Shown here: positions 27,648 through 35,456 of the stretch, one piece after another
Position numbering within the stretch: position 1 is the first letter of the stretch
Layout of the letters: every line of letters starts with the position of its first letter
IMG/VR virus record: IMGVR_UViG_3300009149_000027
Span: 3,060-67,059 of that record
From: a virus
Strand: one strand, 5' to 3'
Length of the DNA stretch: 64,000 bases
Notes under the pieces: model-generated
The model's input: only the letters and a program-made list of their open reading frames with translations
Databases searched by the model: none
What the model was told of the DNA's origin: nothing
Program-made: the position numbers and the translations under genes

Positions 27648-28523
27648 ATGGGTACATTAGCCAGCAAGATCGCAAAAGCCAGCATGGGGCTGGGCGGGAA
27701 GCTGAAGGCCGACGCCCGCAACAAAGAGCAGAATTACAATTACATCAGCGCCGACAAGGTTCTGAGCGTAGCCGGTCAAGTCCTGGCCGAGGTTGGGGTA
27801 GCTTGCTTCCCGGCCATCGTCCGCACCAGCATGGACGTAATCGACCGGGGCAATGGTAAAGCCCGCTACGATGCCGGTGTGGAATTTGCCTTCACCCTGG
27901 CCGACGAAGACGGTACAATGGAAATGCCTTGGGTCGGCTTTGGCAGTGATTACAGCGTGCCGGACAAAGCCATCTACAAGGCCATCACTAGCGGCCACAA
28001 GTATTTTTTGATGAAGCTGCTGAACATTGGCGAGGGGAACGAGGACGGGGAACATGATGTGGCCCAGGCCGAAAAGCCCGCACAGCGCCCCGCCTACACG
28101 TCTCAGCGCAACCCAGCCGACTCCCTGCCCGACCGCATGGAGGATTACGGTCCGCCGCTGGACTATGACAACCCATTCACGGGCAACGGACTCAGCAAAG
28201 CCGCCGCCGGATTCTTGGAGAAATGCCGGACTTACCAGTCCGAAGATCCGAAACCCTGCTCCGAGGCGATGTACCGCTATTTGGTCGGAACTGTGAACTA
28301 TGCCACTGAGAAGGACGCCCACACCGCCATCCTCAGCGAAATGGTAGGCAGTCCGGTTGACAGCGAGAACCGCCCCGGCTACACGCTGACCAAGAAACTG
28401 CTTGACACCTTGCCCGCCACCAAGCAGAACAAGGAAACCAAAGAGAACGAGCCGAACCCCGAACACGTTCCGGCCATCCTGGAAGCCATTAAAGAAATTT
28501 GGAAGGCCACGAAAGCCGCCTGA
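27648..28523 (+). CDS. ERF-family single-strand annealing recombinase
   Basis: K...N..QNY.Y....V; G.D...DKA.YKA.T...KY.L. Confidence 0.85.
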   Translation: MGTLASKIAKASMGLGGKLKADARNKEQNYNYISADKVLSVAGQVLAEVGVACFPAIVRTSMDVIDRGNGKARYDAGVEFAFTLADEDGTMEMPWVGFGSDYSVPDKAIYKAITSGHKYFLMKLLNIGEGNEDGEHDVAQAEKPAQRPAYTSQRNPADSLPDRMEDYGPPLDYDNPFTGNGLSKAAAGFLEKCRTYQSEDPKPCSEAMYRYLVGTVNYATEKDAHTAILSEMVGSPVDSENRPGYTLTKKLLDTLPATKQNKETKENEPNPEHVPAILEAIKEIWKATKAA

Positions 28524-28573
28524 ACCCATCCGCCGCATCCCCCGGCGGCATAGCAGAGAGGAGAATTGAGACG

Positions 28574-28759
28574 ATGGATGCAAAAGAGATCACCAAAATG
28601 ATGAATCGGATCATGGTTAAGATTGACAAGCTCCCCGAATTTCCGGGCCTGTTGGATGAGGCATTGGGCGACGTGTGGAACGCCGCCGAACATGCAAAGA
28701 ATTTGTTTTCGGACGATGACCTGTACACCACTGAAGTCGAATCGGCACAGGAGGATTGA
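28574..28759 (+). CDS. hypothetical protein
   Basis: GAGGAG RBS. Confidence 0.6.
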   Translation: MDAKEITKMMNRIMVKIDKLPEFPGLLDEALGDVWNAAEHAKNLFSDDDLYTTEVESAQED

Positions 28760-28762
28760 CCC

Positions 28763-29044
28763 ATGAACCGCATCAACTATAACGCCGCCCTAAACTGGAC
28801 CCTGGCCTTTATCGCCGCCATCGTCGTCCTGATTCTGCTAACCCAGCCCGCAGGGGCAGCCAGCGGCGGTGCAACGCCAGGGTTAGCCCGCTACAACGCC
28901 TATGTCGTCCAACTCCACAACGTGGGTTGCACCCCGCTGTGGGTATCCTGGGGTCGCTCTTACTGGAAGTGCCCGCCTAATCAGTGGTGGGTGGTCCGGT
29001 ACTACGAATCCAGCGACACGGCGACTATTCGCCGGTTGCGATAA
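28763..29044 (+). CDS. small secreted protein
   Basis: Signal-peptide-like N-terminus; GGAGG RBS. Confidence 0.6.
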   Translation: MNRINYNAALNWTLAFIAAIVVLILLTQPAGAASGGATPGLARYNAYVVQLHNVGCTPLWVSWGRSYWKCPPNQWWVVRYYESSDTATIRRLR

Positions 29045-29351
29045 CTAGACATAACCAGGCGACGCCCGACGAGCGACCACGCAGAGGGCCGGAGTGGTAG
29101 GGTCGCTGAGACACCCGGTAAGCGTCAAGTGTTTCTTCTCCTTGGTGGCTGATTCAGAGGTATCCCCGCCTCTGGATTGGGGGGGGGGATCCTGGCCCCC
29201 AGGTTGTCAAGGAAAAATACAATGGACGAATGCAGAATCACCTACAGCTTCACCGGCACGCTCCTAACAATCTGGCAACTGTGCCAGGGACATGCCGAGC
29301 CGATACGATTTTATCGCTGGGGGCAGTACGGGCCTCGGTGGATTGGATGAA

Positions 29352-29870
29352 ATACCCGCTGCCGTGACTCGTGACGACAGGCTCGAAAGAGCGACTGACA
29401 CCCCCTCGACGGCACGGCGGCGCAGTAAATGCCAGACACCGGTCCGGGTAGCTCCCGGAAGCATCTAGGCATCGAGCAGGTGGAAGGCCTGTGCAGGCAT
29501 CACACCTGCTGCCGTGCTCGTGACACCCGACTGAGAAGCGGCACACACCGAACCAGCGTACAGCCATAGGGTCAAGGGGCTTGACGACACGGTGGCGGAT
29601 TACAACCTAACGGCAAACGGGAGCCGCAGGGCCGCAGCAGCGAAATGGTCCACGAAGATACCCGACCGCAGCACACCCGTAGGCGCAACGCCACAGAGGG
29701 GAGGGCCAATTACACCACAAGGTTGGAAACCAGCCGCCGGTGAATGGAAGCACCGGCGGCGCAATAGAATGAGAAGAAGCAATGCAGCCGGGGCGGGGAC
29801 GTTTGGATGGCATATCAACATCGAATATGCAGCCTGAGAAATGGCCCCGCCCCGAACTGCAAATAGCGAG
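29352..29870 (+). ncRNA. putative structured non-coding RNA (unclassified; strand inferred)
   Basis: No convincing ORF; many GC-rich stems and a GAAA tetraloop on the + strand. Confidence 0.5.
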
Positions 29871-29882
29871 AGGGAGAGAACG

Positions 29883-30272
29883 ATGACACGTAATTTGTTC
29901 AGTATTGCATCTGCTATCATTCTCCTGGGCATTCTCACCGCCCACGCCGGCCCCAGCACTACCATTTCAGGCACAGTCTATCTCGACCCATCACACCCCG
30001 GTCAGGTCGTCAGCATCGGTCTGCCCCCGGTCTCAGGGTGGCCGGTGGCGCTGTGCCAGGGGGACGACTGCCAGGATACGCAGACGGGCAGCGCAGGGGA
30101 CTTTAGCTTCCCGGACCTGGCAAACGGGGAGTATGTCGTGAGCGTACCTCTGGGGAACGGGGAGACGCACAGCGTGGCCCTGGCGATTGGGGAGGCGGGG
30201 ATACCGTCACCGGTGTTGGTGAGTGTGGCGGGGTGGCGGTGGCGGGTGATGTTGCCGATGGTGGGGAGGTGA
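29883..30272 (+). CDS. exported SdrD-B/carboxypeptidase-regulatory-like domain protein
   Basis: Signal peptide; ISGTVY.D..G..V.L..T...G.F.F..L..G.Y; ends RVMLPMVGR. Confidence 0.75.
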   Translation: MTRNLFSIASAIILLGILTAHAGPSTTISGTVYLDPSHPGQVVSIGLPPVSGWPVALCQGDDCQDTQTGSAGDFSFPDLANGEYVVSVPLGNGETHSVALAIGEAGIPSPVLVSVAGWRWRVMLPMVGR

Positions 30273-30274
30273 GC

Positions 30275-30526
30275 ATGAAACTTGTAACGATTATTTGCGA
30301 TGGGGTCACAGACGTGCATCTTCCGCATCCGGACGGGACCTATGCAACCCTCTGCGGAATGGACGGAGACGACTATGATGATACTGGCGTTTTTGGCGGG
30401 GCGGTGGATCAACGAACCGTCAAGACGCCCAGGGGCGCAAAGGTCAGTTGCCGGAAATGCTGGGACATTTGGAGCCATGCATCTCAGTTCACCGTAGGCG
30501 TTTTTTCTGATAATGCCAAAACCTGA
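30275..30526 (+). CDS. Cys/His hypothetical protein
   Basis: GGAGGT RBS; TLCG and VSCRKC. Confidence 0.6.
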   Translation: MKLVTIICDGVTDVHLPHPDGTYATLCGMDGDDYDDTGVFGGAVDQRTVKTPRGAKVSCRKCWDIWSHASQFTVGVFSDNAKT

Positions 30527-30572
30527 TTTTTGGATTGATTGAGCACTTGCAAGGCCGCCAAATAATTGCACC

Positions 30573-30601
30573 TTGACATCCGCAAACAACCATGAGACAA
30601 T
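30573..30601 (+). promoter_or_regulatory. sigma70-type promoter
   Basis: TTGACA-17-GACAAT. Confidence 0.55.
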
Positions 30602-30716
30602 GAGCGCAATATAAAAGCCTTGTGCAATGCTCAACACATTGCACAAGGCCACGCACGAAGCCGGGACTAGCGGCGTCGGCGTTGCGCAAAGCATATCATA
30701 CGCTTTATGCAACCCC

Positions 30717-30752
30717 AAGAGTCCTGGCCAATCGGCTGGGACTCTTTTTTGT
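30717..30752 (+). terminator. intrinsic terminator
   Basis: AAGAGTCCTGGCC/GGCTGGGACTCTT stem plus T run. Confidence 0.8.
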
Positions 30753-30771
30753 TTAGCGCGCGGGAGACGCA

Positions 30772-31038
30772 ATGGAAGAAAAACTTGCAAGATTGGAAAA
30801 GCAGGCCCTTGCGCTTGATGCAAGGATAGAAAAGGCACGCAAGGCCGCCGAGAGCGAATATGCAACATTCTATGAAGTGCATACTCAGGCCAGGTGGCGG
30901 CCAGACCGCAACCGGTGGACGGTGCGCCGCAACGGTGCAGGATTTGCCCACATTGCATATTGCAAGACGAGAGCCGAAGCCGTGGGTCTTGCACGGCGGG
31001 TCAACGCAATTATTGAATCTATTATTGCAGGAGAATAG
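30772..31038 (+). CDS. hypothetical protein
   Basis: GGGAG RBS. Confidence 0.6.
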   Translation: MEEKLARLEKQALALDARIEKARKAAESEYATFYEVHTQARWRPDRNRWTVRRNGAGFAHIAYCKTRAEAVGLARRVNAIIESIIAGE

Positions 31039-31050
31039 GGAGTCAACATC

Positions 31051-31671
31051 ATGCAACGCCTACGCAGCATCACCGCAGTTGACGCATTGCTTGCAAGCGC
31101 GCTCCTGGCGCAAGCTCCGCACGCCGCAACCGTGTTTACCCGCCTTGCATCTGAGGCGGGTTTGTGGCCGACCTTGCATGGTTACCTTTACGCCGCCGCC
31201 CTCGAAGGCGCAACCTTCTATTTCGTACGCACGCACAATCGTAGATGGGCTGCATTTTTCGCCGTGGTCAGCATCTTGCATAATTTCGCCTACTATCTCA
31301 CGGACAGCCTCAGCATGGGCAACATCTTGCGGGCGTCTTTGATTTCGCTGGCTCTGCCCTTGGCCATCGCCGCATTCAGCGACGAGCGCCGCAAGCCCGC
31401 CACAGCGCTCACAAAAGCCGCCCCCGTTGCAATAGTGGCGAAGACCGCAAAAGCCCAGCCTGCGCCCGCACAGCGGCCCACGGTGGCAACGGGCAAGAAA
31501 CTCACAGCGCAGGAGCGCCGGGCAGAAGTCGAACGGCTGATTGCGTCCAAGGCTGTGACGAGCGAGGCTGAATTGGCCAAAATGTTTCAGGTTCACCCTA
31601 GCACTATTAACCGGGATGTGGCTGGGTTGCAAGAGGCCGGGGTGAGCGTCAACGGATTCGGAGGAAAGTAA
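31051..31671 (+). CDS. membrane protein with C-terminal HTH
   Basis: About four hydrophobic helices, Ala/Pro/Lys linker, ERRAEV..TSEAELAKMFQVHPSTINRDV (DeoR-type HTH). Confidence 0.8.
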   Translation: MQRLRSITAVDALLASALLAQAPHAATVFTRLASEAGLWPTLHGYLYAAALEGATFYFVRTHNRRWAAFFAVVSILHNFAYYLTDSLSMGNILRASLISLALPLAIAAFSDERRKPATALTKAAPVAIVAKTAKAQPAPAQRPTVATGKKLTAQERRAEVERLIASKAVTSEAELAKMFQVHPSTINRDVAGLQEAGVSVNGFGGK

Positions 31672-31786
31672 ACCATGTTTGTAAAAGTTTCTTTAGCTGT
31701 TTTGACTTTTGTGTCAGGCATCAACGCCGCCGCGTTCTTGTGTGTGTTTGCCTGTACGTGTTTGTGGAAAAGACGGAGGTATAGCT

Positions 31787-32053
31787 ATGCTCGACAAAAT
31801 GATTGAAGTTGGGGCCAGTTGGGATTGGGTGACACCTGTGATTAGCGTGTTCGGTTGCCTGTTCCGGGGCCACGCGGGAATTGTAACAGAGATTCCGCCT
31901 GGATGGAGCGGGCATGACGTCTGCAAGTTCATCGAGCAGGAGGGCATCAGCACGCATAGCCGGATGATAATTCGTGGCCAGCTATGCTTTGACGTGCCGA
32001 AGCAATACAAGCAGGCTACCTATAAAATGCTGTGGAGAATCGGCGGAGGTTAA
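31787..32053 (+). CDS. hypothetical protein
   Basis: GGAGGT RBS. Confidence 0.65.
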   Translation: MLDKMIEVGASWDWVTPVISVFGCLFRGHAGIVTEIPPGWSGHDVCKFIEQEGISTHSRMIIRGQLCFDVPKQYKQATYKMLWRIGGG

Positions 32054-32061
32054 TTGCATCA

Positions 32062-32925
32062 ATGCGACATAACGAACGGACCGCAACCGCATTTCCACGA
32101 AACTTTGTACCTAATACGCCATTCCCGGAAGTGGAGCCGCCGCGCCACACGGTTGTGCAAGCCGACAACAAGGTCAGCCCGCCGATGGTATTGGCGCTTG
32201 CGTTCCTGGTTCTGTTCCTCATGGCCGGGATTGCGATATGGGCGTTGTGGGATTTGACGGGCTGGTCAGTTGCACTGGTGACATTCCTTGTTATTCCTGC
32301 AATCGGCTATGCGGGTTTCTGGCTGTTCGTGTTTGCAAACGGAGATGGGCTTGCATGGCGGGAGATTACAAAGACGGCGCAGAATCAAGAGACCGCCATC
32401 CTGGAACATGCCGACTTGATGCGCAATAGCGAGGATCACCGTCACGTCGAGGCCATGCGCTCCCTGGACATCCAAGAGCAACAGGCCCAGATAGACGGAC
32501 GGCTTCAGGGCTTGCAGCACCAGATCGAAGGGTGGAGCCGCCACATGCTCATGGCCCCCGGCTCCACGTCCACCGCTTCCCCAGCCCAATACGTGGCCGC
32601 CGACCCAGACAAGGTACGGGCGCACACCGCCGCCCTGGACTATGCCCTGAGCCTCTACCATAGCCCGGTGAAAGGCGGGCTACCACGGACTGACCGTGTG
32701 CATGTGGACGGCAATCAGCCGGGCAAGATAAAAGGCGGGACACCATTCTCTGCGCGGGGGAGGTGGCCGGACAGTGTAACGCCAGACCAGGGCAAGCGGG
32801 CCAAGGGTTTACTCTTTGCGCCCGACCGCGGCCAGCCGCCCGTTATCGTGTCCGTGGTTGGAGGTTATTCGTTAAATCTTACTGACTACCCCAATCACTC
32901 GGCAATTGTGCAAAAGTTTGCTTAA
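32062..32925 (+). CDS. two-TM membrane protein with coiled coil and soluble C-terminal domain
   Basis: GGAGGT RBS; two hydrophobic helices then Q-rich helix. Confidence 0.75.
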   Translation: MRHNERTATAFPRNFVPNTPFPEVEPPRHTVVQADNKVSPPMVLALAFLVLFLMAGIAIWALWDLTGWSVALVTFLVIPAIGYAGFWLFVFANGDGLAWREITKTAQNQETAILEHADLMRNSEDHRHVEAMRSLDIQEQQAQIDGRLQGLQHQIEGWSRHMLMAPGSTSTASPAQYVAADPDKVRAHTAALDYALSLYHSPVKGGLPRTDRVHVDGNQPGKIKGGTPFSARGRWPDSVTPDQGKRAKGLLFAPDRGQPPVIVSVVGGYSLNLTDYPNHSAIVQKFA

Positions 32926-33119
32926 TCGTGGGGACGTACCCCGGTGAGTGAGGCGTACACACACCCCCTACAGACACCCTCCCCCACTACTATTCATTCG
33001 ACATAAAGGAGCAACATGCAAAAAAATCTACTGTACACATTGGGAACGCTGCTCGGCTTTTTGCTGCTCGTCATGGTCATTGGTGGCATGGTGGCCGCCG
33101 CTTATCCGGGGGTGATGTG

Positions 33120-33347
33120 ATGGCGAAACGAAAACAAAAGAGGAAAACGGATTGGTTCGACTGGTATCAATGGTTTTGGATTTCCGTGACGGTGATTGGT
33201 CTGTCGTGGTTTGCGGTTGCCAATGACATAGCCATCATGTCCACACGGATTGACGAATACGGGCGCGCACAAACGTGCGCCGGGATTTTTTGCTGGGGAG
33301 ATTCTGACCAATGGAGTGAATGGTTCGCGGCCATAGGTGGCAACTAA
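33120..33347 (+). CDS. small membrane protein
   Basis: Basic N-terminus then TM helix. Confidence 0.55.
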   Translation: MAKRKQKRKTDWFDWYQWFWISVTVIGLSWFAVANDIAIMSTRIDEYGRAQTCAGIFCWGDSDQWSEWFAAIGGN

Positions 33348-33456
33348 TGCAAAAATACAAACGCTATGCAGGCGAGTGGATCGGGCTTGTGCTGAAAATG
33401 TCCATAGCTATTTTTATGTTGATTGCGATACTTGAAAAATTGGGCCTATAGAATAA

Positions 33457-33492
33457 GCAAAGCCCCAGGTGCATACCCTGGGGTTTTGCTTT
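33457..33492 (+). terminator. intrinsic terminator
   Basis: GCAAAGCCCCAGG/CCTGGGGTTTTGC stem. Confidence 0.7.
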
Positions 33493-33538
33493 AACAAAAT
33501 CTTGTATGAAACTCGTGGCATATTCACAGTATATTGGC

Positions 33539-33567
33539 TTGACAAGTGTATCATAGCGTGGTATACT
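33539..33567 (+). promoter_or_regulatory. sigma70-type promoter
   Basis: TTGACA-17-TATACT with extended TG. Confidence 0.8.
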
Positions 33568-33620
33568 TGAATACAGGAAGGGCACACGAGACCCGACCGG
33601 ATAGCTAAAAGGAAAAGACG

Positions 33621-33881
33621 ATGACAGCCCAAGAGACCATCCTCAACTACGTATCCGGCCACAATGACACCGACATCGATAACAAGCAACTGGTCGTGCA
33701 AATGATGACCGATGGAATGGTCATCAGCCAACTGCCCAAGGTTGTAGCCCACGCCAAGCGAATCGGCAAAGAAATCATCGTCACCGAAACCACATACAGC
33801 CAAACCCACGAAGTTGTCAACGGAAAACTGATTGACACCGACCACGAAAGCACCGTTGAAGTTATCCGGGTCAGCATCTAA
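33621..33881 (+). CDS. hypothetical protein
   Basis: AAGGA RBS after promoter. Confidence 0.7.
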   Translation: MTAQETILNYVSGHNDTDIDNKQLVVQMMTDGMVISQLPKVVAHAKRIGKEIIVTETTYSQTHEVVNGKLIDTDHESTVEVIRVSI

Positions 33882-33941
33882 CCCACCCCATCCAACGCCG
33901 GGGGCTACGGTCCCCGGCGCTAGCACATGAGGAGAAACAAC

Positions 33942-34139
33942 ATGCAAAACATGAAAATGCACTACGAAGACAAAGACGGAGAGCGGGTCGAGGTCGAAAG
34001 CGGATACCTGCGGATCAGGTCAGGGGCCAACGAGATCACGATCCAGGTGGACCAGGGTGGCGGCTTCCGTATCAGCCCGCCCCTGGCTGGTGAACTGAAT
34101 ATCATCTGCGGTAGCAGCTTGACCGTGACGGTGATTTGA
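33942..34139 (+). CDS. hypothetical protein
   Basis: GAGGAG RBS. Confidence 0.6.
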   Translation: MQNMKMHYEDKDGERVEVESGYLRIRSGANEITIQVDQGGGFRISPPLAGELNIICGSSLTVTVI

Positions 34140-34426
34140 TGACCAACACCCGCCAGCGCAGCAACGACAACACACGCATTCGGTCGGAGCAGATAGCTGC
34201 TATGGCTTTGCGTGAGGTGGAGGAAGTGGGAATCGAAACGATTAACAAAGACGAGAGATTGAAAAAGTATCGTTTGATTCTCATCACAAAGAAACTCATG
34301 ATAAAAACAGGATGCACGTACAAATCTGCCCGCACGCACGTCTCAAAAGTTTTGGATTTCAAGCGCACTGGCGTCAAGCCGCCGGATAACTGGGGTGGGA
34401 ATAGGAGAGGGGGGCAAGATGCCTAA
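34139..34426 (+). CDS. basic hypothetical protein
   Basis: TGATG overlap; WGG.R.G tail. Confidence 0.6.
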   Translation: MTNTRQRSNDNTRIRSEQIAAMALREVEEVGIETINKDERLKKYRLILITKKLMIKTGCTYKSARTHVSKVLDFKRTGVKPPDNWGGNRRGGQDA

Positions 34427-34640
34427 AACGTGGGCCACACCAAGAGATGAATTAGTGTGCGGAAAGTTGGACGTTTTGCAACACATGGCGAAAAATGCTG
34501 GAAGCATTGAGATGCTCGATTTAATTAAAGACGTTCGCCATGATTGCGAGCGCATGGAGCAGGGCCTCATCAGGCGCAGGGATGAGGTCCGAAGGCTGAA
34601 GGCTGAGGCCCAGGCAATGGAGGATATTTTTGGATTGTAA
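34419..34640 (+). CDS. hypothetical coiled-coil protein
   Basis: GAGGGG RBS; followed by hairpin 34646-34675. Confidence 0.6.
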   Translation: MPKTWATPRDELVCGKLDVLQHMAKNAGSIEMLDLIKDVRHDCERMEQGLIRRRDEVRRLKAEAQAMEDIFGL

Positions 34641-34734
34641 GCCAACAGCCCCGGCGCACCACTGGCCGGGGCTGCTCACTTGGCGATTACATGGCGGTCA
34701 TGGCGTAAAGTTGGCGATTTGTTGGCGGTTACTT

Positions 34735-34763
34735 TTGCAAAATGTGGCGAAATCGAGTATAAT
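34735..34763 (+). promoter_or_regulatory. sigma70-type promoter upstream of HNH leader
   Basis: TTGCAA-17-TATAAT. Confidence 0.7.
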
Positions 34764-34955
34764 TGTAGGTAGCGAAGACATGCCACCAAGCGTACTCGCC
34801 TAAGTCAACGGTTTTTTTGTACCCCTCATACGTCCCCTCCGACACAATCGGATGGGGGTTAGGGTCAACCAAAAACGGGTCAACCGTTGGCGGGCGAACA
34901 GCTTGGTGGCTACCTTAACCTTCATCCGATTGTGTTTTGTTTAAGGAGACGTGAA

Positions 34956-35456
34956 ATGAGAAAACCACCAAAACCCATCCCGCCCATGACGGAAAAGCAC
35001 ATTGACCGTTTCTGGAAAAAGGTTGACGTGCAGGGAAAAGATGATTGCTGGTTATGGATTGCTGGAAAAGACGGATACGGCTATGGGGCGCAAAACATTG
35101 ATGGAAGAATAGTGAAGGCTCATCGTATTTCTTGGAAAATACACAACGGGAATATACCTAGCGGCCTGGATGTTTTGCATGATTGCGACACGCCAGCGTG
35201 CGTAAACCCAAAACACCTGTGGGTTGGCACACATACAGAAAACATGAATGACAAAAATCGCAAGGGGCGAAATGGCTTTCCATCACTCAAGGGAGAGGAG
35301 CATGGAAACGCAAAACTGACCGATGTGCTAGTGTTAGAAATACGTGCCGAGGCAAAGCGGGGGAGGAGCAAAAAATGGATGGCAAAAAAGTATAACGTTG
35401 ATCCATCTACCATCAGTGATGTTGTGCGCCGAAAATCATGGAAGCACGTCAAATAG
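34956..35456 (+). CDS. HNH homing endonuclease with C-terminal HTH
   Basis: RFWKKVD..CWLW..GYG..AHR..VLHDCD...CVNPKHL..GE.HGNAKLT; AAGGAG RBS. Confidence 0.9.
   Translation: MRKPPKPIPPMTEKHIDRFWKKVDVQGKDDCWLWIAGKDGYGYGAQNIDGRIVKAHRISWKIHNGNIPSGLDVLHDCDTPACVNPKHLWVGTHTENMNDKNRKGRNGFPSLKGEEHGNAKLTDVLVLEIRAEAKRGRSKKWMAKKYNVDPSTISDVVRRKSWKHVK

Noticed and set aside
29045-29880. tRNA or tmRNA genes in the non-coding island
   Set aside because: No GTTCRA T-loop with cloverleaf spacing and acceptor stem was found on either strand
30002-30994. 330-aa minus-strand ORF, and similar shadow ORFs such as 27657-28583, 50820-51815 and 59306-60325
   Set aside because: They are antisense to well-supported genes, have no RBS or motifs, and are expected at this GC content
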